DNA of 64,000 nt from Vitrella brassicaformis CCMP3155 (taxonomy: Eukaryota > Protista > Chromerida). Numbering within the stretch: the stretch's first letter is position 1; each line of letters starts with the position of its first letter. Location of the stretch: assembly GCA_001179505.1 (NCBI GenBank), contig CDMY01000282.1, positions 72,556 through 136,555 on the forward strand, read 5' to 3'. A program made the position numbers and the translations under genes. Of this stretch, positions 1 to 13,153 are shown piece by piece. The notes under the pieces are model-generated. The model saw only the letters and a program-made list of their open reading frames with translations. It did no database searches and had not been told where the DNA came from.

Positions 1-943
1 ACTCCTCCAAATAGGTCACAGTCTGACACACATCACAATCACAATCACATACACATCGTGCTGGCTGGCTCTTCTTTCTCTGTGTGAGTGTGGGTGGGTT
101 GGTTGGATCGCTCACGTGTTTGACGCGCGTCTGGTCGTTGTAGGTCTCCATCTTGCTGCGGATCGACATGTGGTAACTCTGAACGGACAAACGAAACAAC
201 GCGAATGAGCACACACAGCACACGCGCATTCCTCATGTGTCTGTCTCTTGTGTGAGAGAGTGAGCTACCGACCTTGTGTGTGGCCTCTGTGATGTAGCCC
301 TCGTACGTCGGGTCGCCCTCGTTCTGCCCCGCCTCATACAGCGGCTCCAACGCAGCGGCATCAATCCCCAATATCACCTAAGAGAGTGTGGGCCATGGCC
401 AAGTCAGTGGTCCATGTGCTGTGCGCACATACGTGCGTGTGTGTGCGTCGAGGGAGGGCGGAGGGGAGCGGTAGGTACCTTTGCGGTTTCGTCGAATGCA
501 GTGGCGTATATGGCCATCTTGGAGTGGTCCATCAGGTGCAGCGGGAGAATGTACCTGCACGACGAGGGAGAAGGGAGAGAGAGAGGTGGGGTGGGGTGGG
601 AGGGGAGGGGGCTCGGTCATCGAGACGCACACTTGGACGCCCCGCCCCGCCCACCGAGGGTTCTTGTGTTCGATGGTCTTCTGGCATTGGTTGCAGCTGA
701 ACTTGTTCTCGTCCTGGGGCTCCACCTTCCTCTTGCACTCGGGGCACGCTCTGGCAGGCACCACACACACACAACACAACACAACACAAGAGAAGACAAT
801 TCAACTCACGCGCATCACAGACCAGACCCTTGTGCAGGCAGGCAGGCAGGCAGGCAGGCCTACAGGTAGTATGGCGGCCTGTTGTTGGCCGTTATGTCGT
901 GGATCTTGAGGATTATCTGGTGGTCCACACCCTTGTCTGACAC

Positions 944-975
<32 letters not shown>

Positions 976-1360
976 CAGACACACCACACGAGGGACCACA
1001 CAACACACGTGTGTGAGTCCATCTGTCTGTCCATCTGTGTGTGCATGCAGTTGGCTGGCCCCATACCATTGAGTGCAGCAGAAGCCGCCTGGTTGGCCTC
1101 CTCCAACTCAGCTATCGAACCCTGAGTGACAGACAACGCACACCAGACGCCACACGGTGCACACAGGCGGTGCTGCCTGTGCTGGCCATCAGACGGCCTG
1201 CCTGTTTCCCTCCTCCCCTCGCCCGCTCCCCTCTCTCACGCGCCATGGTCCCCTGTAGCCGCCCGGCCCGCCCCCCGTCAGCTTGTTGACGCCACTCAAG
1301 TCACCCGCCCGCTGACACACACACACACACATTGATGGGGGTCATCGTTGCTGGCCGTGC

Positions 1361-1391
<31 letters not shown>

Positions 1392-4046
1392 GGGGGCGGT
1401 GTGTGTGTTGGTATACGCCTTCCAGCCACTGGTAGATGGTTTGTGCTTCGGGTATGTCTTGGGGGTCGTAGAAGATGATCGTAGAGTGGCTCGTGTTGAG
1501 CGACTTGCCAGAAAAGGCACTCACACGCGCACCTGCACCCAGACATTAATGCGTGTGTGTGATCTGAATGCATGTCTTGGGAGGGAGTAAGCAACAAGGG
1601 CGCGGCGCGTGTGGGCGGCGTGTGTGTGTGTGTGTGTGTGTGCACCCTTGATGGCGACCACATGCTGGGCGGTGTTGGGGTCCAGAGCATCCAACTCGCC
1701 GCACTGCATCAGACGCGCACACCGAGCCATAGCTATACAGCGTGTGGTGGAATTCCATCCACCCACACACACACGTGTGTGTGCCTTCCTACCTTGTCCC
1801 CCCAGAATGTGATTTCGATCTCGGCCATCGAGTCGTCCACCAGGCCCACCTTCTGCGTCTGGCGCTCCTCACCTTTCTGCACATCCACACACACACACAC
1901 GCACACACACTCGACAAGGGAGAGTCTGTCTGTTTGTCTGTCTGACATAGTGGCCCACTCGTGGACCCTTCTACTGGCTGGCTGACCCTTGTGGTGATGG
2001 TTCTTCGGTCCCCAATGTAGGTGACGGCGGCGACGACGTCCACCGTGTCGCCATCCTCGCGCTGCGCCAGGTCAGCTATCTTGACAAACTCGAAACTGAC
2101 ACACAAAGGGAGGGAGGGAGGGAGGGAGGGAGAGAGGTGCGTGCGTGTATGTGTATGTGTGTGTGGGGTGTGCTTACTTGTTCTGCGGTATGTCCTGGTC
2201 GTCGTCGACCTCCTCAATCATGGTGCTGGTGTCGAAGGTGATCTCGTATGGGTGCTTCAACTTGTTGAACCGACTGCACACACACACACACATACAGACA
2301 CACACACACACACACACATATGCCGCAGTGTAAAGCTGTGTCATTGAGGCGCCCCTCCCTCCCTCCCTCCCTCCCTCCCTCCCTCCATGGTCGCTCACGT
2401 GTTGGTCTGCTTGATGACGCCCCGGCTGACGCGATACACCTGCACTCGTCCATCCATCCATCCATCCACACCCTCATGGCTGTGTCCTCTCTTGGGATGT
2501 TCCTGGCTGGTCTGCTGACCTTGCCCATCTCGAGCACATTGAAGAACCTGTCGGCCGCCGCGCCGAAGAAGGTGCCCTTAATCTCTGACTGCACACACAC
2601 ACGCAGAGAGACAAACAAGGAGGCAGGCAACACACAATCGGTCAGGCCATGGTCGGCTGGAAAGGTGTGTGTTTGTTGTGCTCCCTCCCTCCCGTACGTA
2701 CGTCTGCGTCTACAAAGTTGGCGCTGAAGAGTTTGCCGTCGCCGCGAGCGTTGGTGAAGGACCGCATGTCAGACCTGCATGGCGTGAAGTGAACACACAC
2801 GCTACACACGGTGAGTCTGCCTGCCCGTGGTTTCCCTGGCTGGCCAGCCAGTGTGTCCGATCCGCACTTGAGTGAGCACCGGGCCTTGAAGGTCCATCGC
2901 TGCTGCCAGGGGTTCAACTCACTGATGCTAACGTATTGCCTGTCATGTCACGTACGCAACCAGAGAAGACACACACGCATGAGTGTCCGACACTGCCGGC
3001 TGCAATTTGTGTGTGCATGTGTGTGTGCGTGTGTTGCTTACGCGCCCTGCGAGCGTGCGATCGGCCCGCCGCCCATGTTGCCCTGAAACCCCCCTGAAAA
3101 CACACACACACACACATCCGTACACCGATCCGATCATTCACCAGACCAGCCCAGCATCCCTCCCTCCCATCGATCTCATCCACTCCACCCCGCGACCTAC
3201 CCCTCTGCGGCCCCCCTCCCCGCCCCCTCGCCCCAGCAGCCATCGGTGGCCGTCCTGGTCGCCCAACCAGCACCCCCGGACGACCAGGCCCACCACCGCC
3301 CATCATCCCGCCCCTCCCGCCCCGCACACCCTGCTGCTGCTGCTGCTGTTGCTGCTGGTACGGGTTGGCGGCCGCCGCAGCCGCCGGCCGCGGCCGCCCG
3401 CCGAACGGATTGCGATGCTGCAGGGGGACGGGCGCAGGTGCGACAGGGGACGCCGATACGTCCTCGGCGGCCTCCTCCTCCTCCTGCTGCTGCTGGTGGT
3501 GGTGGTGGGGTGGCGGGGGTGCTGCGGCCGAGTCTATGGGGTCGGCGTCGGGTGAGCCTGGGTAGACGGTGTAGCTGCCGAGGATGATTAAGGGCTGCCC
3601 TTGGCTGCCGTCCGGACTGGTGAACGAACCCACAATGAAGGAACCCAGAATGAACAAACGAATACAATACTTGTTGCATGACTGACTCCCTCCCTCCCTC
3701 TCTCCCGTGCGTTGCCTACTTGGGTCTGGCTTTGAGGCTGCATTGCTGGAAGTGCACATAGTCGCCGACGTTGACTTCGCCGAAGTGGGCCAGCGCGTTG
3801 TCCGGAATGACCATAGCCCGCGGCTGGGTCTCGCCTTGCCGGGCAATCACTTTCAGGCTGACGCGGTGGCCACACACACAACGCAGCACAGCACAGCACA
3901 GATCAGCAGGATGGCTGGAGAGAGTTGATGTCGTGTCGTTAGTTGTACGCTCACAGTGTGACATTCTTGTCCGGCTTGTGTTGTGCCTCGACGACCCTCA
4001 CGAGGCCCTCCGTGGTCTGCTCGTTGAACCTCGGCACCAACTCCAT
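1..4046 (-). CDS. RPA1: Replication protein A 70 kDa subunit, multi-exon, 3' end beyond the window edge
   Basis: Exons give RWTFKAR, RSFTNARGDGKLFSANFVD, EIKGTFFGAAADRFFNVLEMGK, RFNKLKHPYEITFDTSTMIEE (OB-A), FVKIADL..DTVDVVAAV, SAFSGKSLNT (OB-B), a C4 finger ACPECKRKV..FSCNQCQK and SKMETYNDQTRVKH (OB-C). Putative ATG at 4046. Confidence 0.9.
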
Positions 4047-4778
4047 CTATGCGGGAGGATGAGATGGGATAAGAGAGAGATGCAGATCAAACCAAACCAG
4101 GTCGAATCAACGTCGCTATGCCTCCAGATGCTGCGATGCTAACATATATGCGTCGGCAATGCCCGAGAATGCCTCGCGCGGGGCAGATACACTCATTCTT
4201 GCGACAAACGTTCCACTTCTTCAACTTCAATTTTTGAGCGCGCATCTGGAATGCATCTGATGTGCAGCTGTACCCCCAACCGTGACGCCAAACGAACGAA
4301 CTCCAACTGGGGATTCATTCAGAACCTGAAGGGTCCTTCTCGCACACACCGAAAAAGAGAGAGCACGTCTGTCTGTCTGTCTGAGTGTGCGGCACCGTGA
4401 CGGTGTCGAAACAGGTATGCCATCACAGACACAAAACAAGGTGACACACACCCACCTACGCCACTGGTGTGCCCAGCACGGGGGCTCTCTGTCCCCGGCT
4501 CCCTGCCTCCCGCCCGGCCGCCACACAGCAGCGCTAGTTGTGCATTTGGCACATGGCAGCAGCGTTAGGGGACACGGAGCATCAAAATGACACACACACG
4601 GACAGACACACAGACAGACAGACAGACAGACAGAAATGCACTCACTGATTTGATCTCCCCCACGGAAGACGCACACGAGACACACACACACACACACACA
4701 AAACCACCTGTGCCTGTGCATCAAGAACATGCGCCACTCATTGTGCACATCCACAAATTAATTCGCAACCACCCTCCC

Positions 4779-7700
4779 TCACTCAGGCGGCCGCAGGACG
4801 TCCCCCGGCCCGGATTGCTCGAAGCCCACATCACAATGGGGTCTCGGGCTACTTGGCCACGCATCACGAGACGACAGGGGAGTGTCGCCCCTGCGGCTGG
4901 ATGAATTGCTCGCCGCCCCCTGTCCCTCCTCTCCCTGCTGCTGCTGCTGCAGGTGCCGCACCGTGGCCTTGCGGATGGCGCACCCATCTCGATCGCACCC
5001 GTCGCAGTGAGAGAGATCGAGCTGGGTCTCGCCGTCGCCGCCCTCACGGTGCGTCAGCTTCAGCAGACCCCAGGCCGGGTGGGTGGCAGGGAGAGAGGAC
5101 AGCCCGCCGTTGCCGCCCAGGTGCTTGCCGCTCCGACGGGCCGCGCACGCAACGGCAGCTGCACACGGACAAAGGAAGACCGCACACACTCACTTACCCG
5201 TCCGTCACACACAGTGGCTTGGCTCGTGGCTTCAAGCTGCTCACCCAAGAGGTACGCCTGCGGTCCACTGGGTAAGGGGAAATCGGAGGGGTCGGATGGC
5301 GTGGGTGGCGAGCCGGGCGTCTGCTGGCCTTGGCTCGCGGGGCTGGTGGGGCCTACGGACGGCGACAGGGTCCTCCGCGGGATCGTCACACGCAGCCGGC
5401 TCGCACTGGCGCTGCGCCTCAGCCCCAGACCCCCACCCGGATTGGGGCGGCGGGGCAGCAGCAGGGAGGTGGCTTGAGACGACGTGTCGATGGGGGTAAG
5501 GCGGGGCAGGGTCAGGGGCTCGCGGCACTCGATGGCCTTCCGACGGCCACGGCGATGTCGAGACGACAGCGGCAGCTCGACAGCCTCGTGGTGGGTGTTG
5601 GTGTGGGTGATGTGCGATGATGAGCTGGACGGGCGGGCGCTGCCGTTGCTGCCGTATAGTGTGGATGGTGTGCTGTAGTGGAGGCTCAGGTTGGGGTCAG
5701 ACTCGATGCGCTTGGTGTCAAAGGTGGTGGTGGTGTGTGGGGGCCGAGTGACGCCCTCGTCGCTCACTCGCGCGGGCGTGATAAAGATCGGTGCCGCGTC
5801 ACTCTGTGGCTGGGTCTCGGTTTGCTGTCTGCCGCCAACCGCGGTGTCTTTTTCGTCCGATGTGTCGGACTCTGCGTCGCACTCGGGCAGAGTGGAGAAT
5901 ACGGGCGTGTACTCGTGAAGTGAGTCCTTGAGGTGTGCCACATCCTCCTCCTCGACCCAATTCGACCTGACCGACCACAACACACACACACACACACACA
6001 GAGAGAGAGAAGCTGATACGTTGGTTGGTGGCATGGGTGCAATGCATTGAGGGCGGGAAGGAAGGGATCGCATGCACACACACATACGCACCCACCCCGC
6101 GAATGTGTCGGCCATGGAGTCGATGTTGGCGTTCCAGTAGTTGCTGTTGCTCCGGAAACTGCGCCTGGTGCACCATACAGGCAAGACAACAGACAGGTGA
6201 GCTGAGCTGAGCCACCTTATTCACTCACAGTCCGGCTCGCCTCGCTTACTTGAGTGCGCCGATACAGCCGAGGTACTTGGCGTGCCGGAAAAAGTAGGCA
6301 AAGCACATGCCGTTGGACCTTGAAGCATCCATCGTCCATGTATGTCGTGACACACACATCCCATGCATCCTTGGGTGTGGTGTTGTCTGTGTGGTGGTGT
6401 TTTGATGAGGTGAGTGAGGTGCATGTGTTGTGCTGGTAGGTAGGGTAGCATACCTACCAGAAAGAGAGTGAATGCTGGATGGCGGCCAGGAACTCTGGAT
6501 GCTCGAGGTAGTAGCCCGTGAAGACCAGCTTGGAGCAGCCGTGGATGAGGGCGTTGAAGTACGCCAGCTGCGTGATGTTGAAGGCAAACATCGTCAGCAG
6601 AGAGCGGGAGATGTCCTGCAGGCAGGCACCACACACACCACAGCCAGCCAACACACGTGTGACACACAGTGATATATGCGCCCCGCCCTCGTTGCGTGTT
6701 CAGCCCGCGTTTATACGTACGTATTCATTGACGTCATCCGGTACATTCTTCTGGCAGTTGCCGAAGGAGGATGCGATGACGTTGCCAGCGAGCCCCACAC
6801 TCTGGTAGTCGCCGCCGTAGATGTCGCCGACCAACATGTCGACCTTGCTGTTGTCGCCCCGCACCCCCATCTTGACTGCATCGGCCGGCAGGTGGGCAGA
6901 CTCGCACAGCATCCGCGACAGACCCATGAAGGTGCCGCCACCGATCGTCGAACCACCCTGCTCACCTCACAACGAACGGAATGCATGCCATGTCAGGCAA
7001 ACATCAATCAGTGAGTGCATCTCATGGCATGGCCTGGCCAGTCCGTTCGTCTGTCTGTCTCCCTGCCTCCCTCCCTCCCTCCCTCCCTCTTGTTTGAGCG
7101 CTCACCACCCGCACGCTGCGATACGCCGACTCAACCTGTCAGACAACACAGACGAGACGCGTGGCGTACCCACCAGTTCGTAAGCAAGTAGGTGCACTGA
7201 CTGAATGGCTGCGTGTCTGTCTCCGGCTTTGCTTACATAGTGAAAGGCCACACCGGCCTTGACGTTGACGAGCAGGAAGGGGTAGAAGTTGTCCAGCTCC
7301 TCCTGAGTGACCCCCACACTCTCGTAGTCACACGCATCGGCATGGTCGCTCACGCGACGATGCGACGAGGAGCTGCTGGCGCCACCAATGCTACCGCGAT
7401 GGTTCCTCCCCGCCAAACACCCCAGCGTATCCACGATCTCGTCACCCGCACCATCATCCACCGACACACACCCACTGCCGGCCTCTGCGCCACCACCAGC
7501 GTCAGTATCAGCGTCGGCACCAACACTCGGCAGCAGGTCGGAGTTGATGGACCGGAACGCAGAGGCAGACGGCGACACGTCATCATCCCCCTCGCCAACG
7601 GTGGAGAGGAGCTCCTCCTCCAACGAGCAGCTCTTCTTGGCCACATTGATGGGCCGGGAGGTCTTGATGAAGCGGAAACATGCGTCCTTGCCCATCACGG

Positions 7701-8237
7701 CCAGCACGTGCTCGATGCCCTGCAGGATGCACCGCACCTCCCTGTGGACCTCAGGCACCGCCCCGAAGTCCTTTCGGATGCACTCCTGAAGGTCCGCCCG
7801 CAACGCCCCCGCCCCCGTGCACGACGCACTGGCGCCGTCCACCAGCTGGGAGCGGAAATACTGCCCGGCGGGCGACTTGAGGAACTCCTGCAGCTCGTCG
7901 TAGCGGAAGTCAAAGAAACGGATCTCTCGATGAATCTCGCGCAGGGCGTCCTTTGCAGAGAGGGGGATGCGCGGCCGGCGCGGTTTGTCGTCGTCTGTGT
8001 CTGTGTGTGCATGGCCGCTGATGGGGCTGGGACAACTGGTGTGTGAGGGTGACGTCGGGCCGCTGCCGATGTCCTCTTCGTCGTCGACCTCGACCTCGTC
8101 GATAGGGATGCAGAAGGCGACGCTGGCGATGTACCCACCTGCAATGCAAACACAAAGCAAACAGAATGAACAGAGATACTTCTCTGCTGTCTAATCTGCC
8201 TTGGCTCACCCATGTCAACTCCAACATGGTTCCCCAT
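4779..8237 (-). CDS. PANK: Type II (eukaryotic/fumble) pantothenate kinase-like protein with degenerate motifs and a long low-complexity C-terminal extension
   Basis: Spliced MGNHVGVDMG|GYIASVAF, FYPFLLVNVKAGVAF, GSTIGGGTFMGLSRML, RGDNSKVDMLVGDIYGGDYQSVGLAGNVIASSFG, AFNITQLAYFNA, VFTGYYL, AYFFRHAKYLGCIGAL. The 3' end (4779 or 5060) is uncertain. Confidence 0.85.
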
Positions 8238-8543
8238 GGGTGGCCACGTCTTTCAACCGCCTCTCCACTTCTCTCAGGCAACGATACAGCTACCCACGCG
8301 CCTCAGGAAGCCCTCTACGCCTCGTGCCAGGGGTAGTCGGGGAGAAAGAAAGAAAAAAGCAGTGTTCGAAACCGATTTAAGGACTGAGTCAGCGTCGTGC
8401 GTTCTCCTCCTTCCATCTTCACAGGCTGTTGTTGTTTTCTCTGCCGTCCGCGTGTCTCGTGGATCGTTAGGTTCGCACACGTCCCGGATTCAAAACAGGC
8501 TCTTCCTTTCCTCTAACGACCAACAGAGGAAGACACGAGCACC

Positions 8544-11500
8544 ATGCGGAGCTCATCTGCATCTCGGGCGAGAAGCAAACCGCCAAAGCCAGTCGCCTCC
8601 CAACCGCCCTCACAACCAATGTCTCCCGGGGAGAATAAGGGCCTTTTTGGCTCACTGGGAGGCTTCCTGGGCGGCTCGGGGCGCTCTCGGTCCCAGACTC
8701 AGTCGCCACCGCGCACACGAAGCATGCCGGCTGACAAATCAGAGGCCAGCAAGAGCGGGAGTGGGTCTGACGACCAGGGCAAGAAGGAGGGCGGCAAGGA
8801 GAGCGAGACCAAGGGGGTTTTTCAGTGGATGCGGCAGTTGGTGGGCAGCGGGGAGGAGCGCACTTACGCGGTCGTCAACCTGGGCGCCCACGATGGTGAA
8901 GGATTCTACTACTGCAAGGAGCACAAGATGTGGATGGAGCGGGGCAAGGAAGAGGAGATACTCGCAAAGTATGCCGCCGAAAGGGCACCGCCACCCAAGG
9001 CCAAGAAAAAAGGTAACTAACCACACACCCCAACCAAACCGTCTCTGGCTGGGTACGTCCTTATTTGGGCGATGCATGTATGTGATGTGCTTTGTCCTTT
9101 CTCTCTCTCTCTGTGCTGTGTGGTTCAGCTGAAGGAGAGGAAAGCAAGGAGGGCGAGGGCAGCAAGGAGGCCGCGAGCAAGCCTGCCGAGGTGGCCAAGA
9201 CTGGGGTGGAAGCTCTTATGGCGGTGCCGCAACACAGACTGCCTTACGGCAGAGGGTGAGAACAGAGCGATACAAAGGCAAACCGGAATCATTGACGCCT
9301 CATTCATCTGTGCATCCCTCCCATGTGTGTATCTGCCAGCCGCGCCCCCTATTACGCGGCTACTCCCGGTCTGCCGACGAAGCCGCCAACGGGCGCTGGC
9401 ACAGGACCACCAAGAGGCGGTCAAACACCACCCATGCCGGTGAGGAGCAGCCCAGCCACCATACATCCAAGAATGGATCAACCAACGGCCATCTTGCTTA
9501 CGCTGTCTCTCCGCTTCCTCTCTCTGTTTGACTGACATGTCAGGGCATGTTTCCAATGGTGACACCGGGTGTGTACAACCCCCCGCCCATCCTCGAAGCA
9601 GCAACAGACTCACCCCCACAGGACTCTGCGGGCCTCACCAACGACGCGGCACCGGCGAGGCCCCTCACGGAAGGCGGCGAGGAGGTGCCCGACCTATCGC
9701 CCAAGGTGGGCCCTCCGATCAAGCCCAGCACCCCCATAGCCCTCAAGGCCTGGGGCGCAGGCCCGCCAAAGAAGTATCCGTCAACGAGGGACAGGCCCAT
9801 TCCCCCGCCCCCCACGGGCCTCGCCAATCCTTTCGGCGTCAGCAGCACCCCGCTCAAGCCACAGGCTGCCCCGACGAGCCCCTTCGGACGCCCGGCGAGC
9901 GAGGGAGAGGCCCGGCCCATCCCACCAGCCTCGCCACTGCCGTCGGCCGTGAGCGCCACGTCCCAGCCGCCTACCAATGCCTTCACGTCCCCTGCGTCAG
10001 TCAAGGCATCGCCGGGGGAGTCGCCTGGTGGTGTCGGGTACACAGATGTTGAGAACGAGGGCTCGTCTGAGGAAGGCTGGAAGAAGCTGGGTGGGTCAAG
10101 TGTGCCCTCTGCTGCCGGTGGTGTCGCTGGTAGTGGGGGTGGGAAGGACAAGGCGGCCAAGGAGGAGGGCAAGGCGGAGGACGGTTCTTCGCCGGACCAC
10201 TCGGATCTGGTGGTGCTGAGCAGCCAGCCCGACCACGACCGCTCGGAGCGGTCTGGGGTGTCGAGCGAGTGGGAGGAGGTGGGCAGCAAGACCACACCCA
10301 AGACGGTGTCGCCAATCCACCAGAAGGAGCCGCCCGTCACGCAGCCACCAGTCGTCCCGCCGGCATTCCCCACCGTCAGGGAAGCCGACGAGCCATCCTC
10401 CGTGTCAGTGCCGGGTCTGGACGAGGAGGAGGTCAAGTACGTCTACGACCCCGACTTTGACTCACACGAATGGGCCGACGAAGAGGCCGAGGGGTCGGAT
10501 GACCACCACAATGAGGCCGAGGCCACGGGCGGCCTAGTCCGGACGCGCCAGCGTGGCGAGGGCAGCCACGTGCACCTGCCGATGCCATCGCCGCCGCGGC
10601 GTGGCCAGAGGGACACCTCGAGTGGCATGCTCGTCATCGCTGGGTCGCCATCCCACCGCGGTCTGATGATGAGGCTGCACGACGAGAGCAAGGCCGCCAG
10701 CCCCGACGAGATCTCCCCCGTCTCTAAGGCCAGCCCTCCCGCCGCCACCCAGTCACCAACTCAGCAGCTGCGCCACCATCGGGCGCCCGAGACGGCCGAG
10801 GAGACACCCACTGAAGCACAGAAGGGCTACACCGGCGAGGCAGAGGCCGAGTCGCCCTCGTCATCGCCGGAACGCCGCGCCGACAGCCGGGGGGCCGCGG
10901 CCGCGCCCCAGGAGCAGCAGCAGCAGCAGCCGCCGCCTCAGCAGGCCGCGTCAGTGGATCTCGACATGGAAGGAGGGGAGCCGGAAGCAGACATGGCCGA
11001 CGAGGGTGGCGACCAGGGATGGGACATCGATCTGGACCTGGGCTCGCCCGAGGTCATGCTCCCATCTGGCGAGTCGGAGCAGCGAATGGCGGTCGGTGCC
11101 AGCCCCTCGATGCTGCCTGAGGGTGAGCCTGGTGACGAGCCGGAGGGCGGCAGGCCCCCAACAGGGCACGAACAGGACGGTCGGTTCGGCCAGCCTCAGC
11201 TACCGCAGGAGCAGCCGTCTATCACAACACCTCGTGACGATGCAGTGGCTCTGAAGGTGACGATATCTGGTCCTGCTGGGGAGGCAGGGCAGCTTTCTGG
11301 CCGGTCGCCGTCGAGCTTTGGTGCGTCCAGCCCAGCGTCAGAGCCGATAGGCGAAGCGGCAGCTGCTCCGGCAGCGTCAGCTGGCGAGGAGGGGCCTTAC
11401 GGGATTGGCATTGCCACAGACGAGGAGCGTGTGTCGGAGAAGGCCCCGTCGCAGGCACCATCCTCTCCATCAAGGAAGGCAATACCAGACATGGTGAGCG

Positions 11501-13119
11501 GGCGAGAGAGAGGACGGGGAGTAACGACACACATACCCTTCCATGGAACATGTAAGTAACCCTGTTGTATCTGTCTGCCTGTGTCGCACCACAGTCGCGT
11601 CCGTTGGAGAGTGAGCCCCACCCCCAGATGTTCAACATCGGCGATGAGGCCGAGACGCCTGCCGGGGGCGATGACACCCTCCAGACGCCACCCTGGCTGC
11701 GGTCGATGGATGACATCGTGCCACCCGCACATTCACACAGCGGCGACCTGGCCAAACACGGCGGTAGGGAGGGGAGGGGAGAGAGGGGTAGCAGGGGGGA
11801 GGAAGCATTACAAACAAACAGTGGCCAGCCGACTGACTCGCCCGCCTGTGTGTTGTGCGTGTGCAGAGCCTGGTCCTCCCTCTGACGAGCTGCCGCCGCC
11901 ACGCGCCAGCCGAGAGGTAACTAACAGACACACTGATGGAAACATCACCGCCCACCGGCAGTCTTTGTCACGTCACTCCTCCGTCTCTTTGCCGTCGTCA
12001 CAGGTGCAGCTAGAGAAAGAGTTGGAGCGAGTCAAGGCCGAGTACCAGGCCCTCCTTGTCGAGAGCCAACGTGCCAGGGACGAAACCATCCGGCTGGCCG
12101 ACGCCAATGAGGACCTGCAGTCCCGGCTCGACGCCGCAGGCGCCGAGCAGGACTTGCAGCTGCAGGAGGCCCTCCTCAAGATCACTCAGCTCGAGCAAGA
12201 CAACACACGCCTGATCCAGGCGGGCGAGGAAGCGGCACGAAAAGAGCAGGAGATGCAGACACTGCGGGAGGCCCAGGCGGCCCAGGACAAGGATGAAGAG
12301 CTGGCGGCACTGCGGAGCGAGCAGGCCGAGAGGGATGCGGCGATTGAGGCGTTGCGCGGGAGGTCTGCGGCCCAGCAGGAGGAGGTCGACGATCTGACGG
12401 GTCGGCTGCAGAAGGAGGAGCGGGTGAGGGCGGCGCTCGAGATGGAGAGGCAGGGCATTCTGCAGAAATACCGAATGGGGTACCAAATCGAGACTGAGGT
12501 GAGTGAGAGCCAACCGCACATAACATACACGCACGCACACACAACGACGTTTCTTGTCGTCACTTTTGCTGTGTGCGCCACACACAGGCGCAGCGCAACT
12601 GGCGTCTGGGTTATGGGGTGATGGAGCGGAGTGCGGGGACTGACAACGAGTGGATCCGCGAGAAGGACAAGGAGATCCGTGATCTCCAGGTGGACATGGC
12701 GATCAAAGAGGTGAGGTACGGCAAGGGCTTCGCGCGGGCCATCAACGCCATCCGCAAACTCAAATGGCGCATTACCACCATGTACTGGAAGGCATGGAGG
12801 TACGCACGCACAGAGCTGGCGGGCCACCGACGAACGAAGACGGGGCTGATGCAATGCAGATGGGTGTGTGTCTGTGTGTCTGTGTGTCTGTGTGTGTGTG
12901 TGTTCAGTGAAGAGATCAAGATGCTGGACAAGAACAAGGCGCTCATGAAGGACGTCTGTGAGGTGAGCAGACAGACAGGGAGGGAGAAAGAGAAGCGACG
13001 GTGATCCACTGCCTTTCTCCCTCAGCGCAATCTAACCATTTCTGAGCTCAACCAGCGGATCACCAAGATGGTGTGGGAGAAGCACGACGTCAAGAAGGCA
13101 CTCATGCAGCAAAAGGTAG

Positions 13120-13153
<34 letters not shown>

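Noticed and set aside
7213-8046. 277-aa plus-strand ORF
   Set aside because: Antisense to the main pantothenate kinase exon.
9540-10436. 298-aa minus-strand ORF
   Set aside because: Antisense shadow of the GC-rich plus-strand exon 9547-11559. No motifs or splice support.
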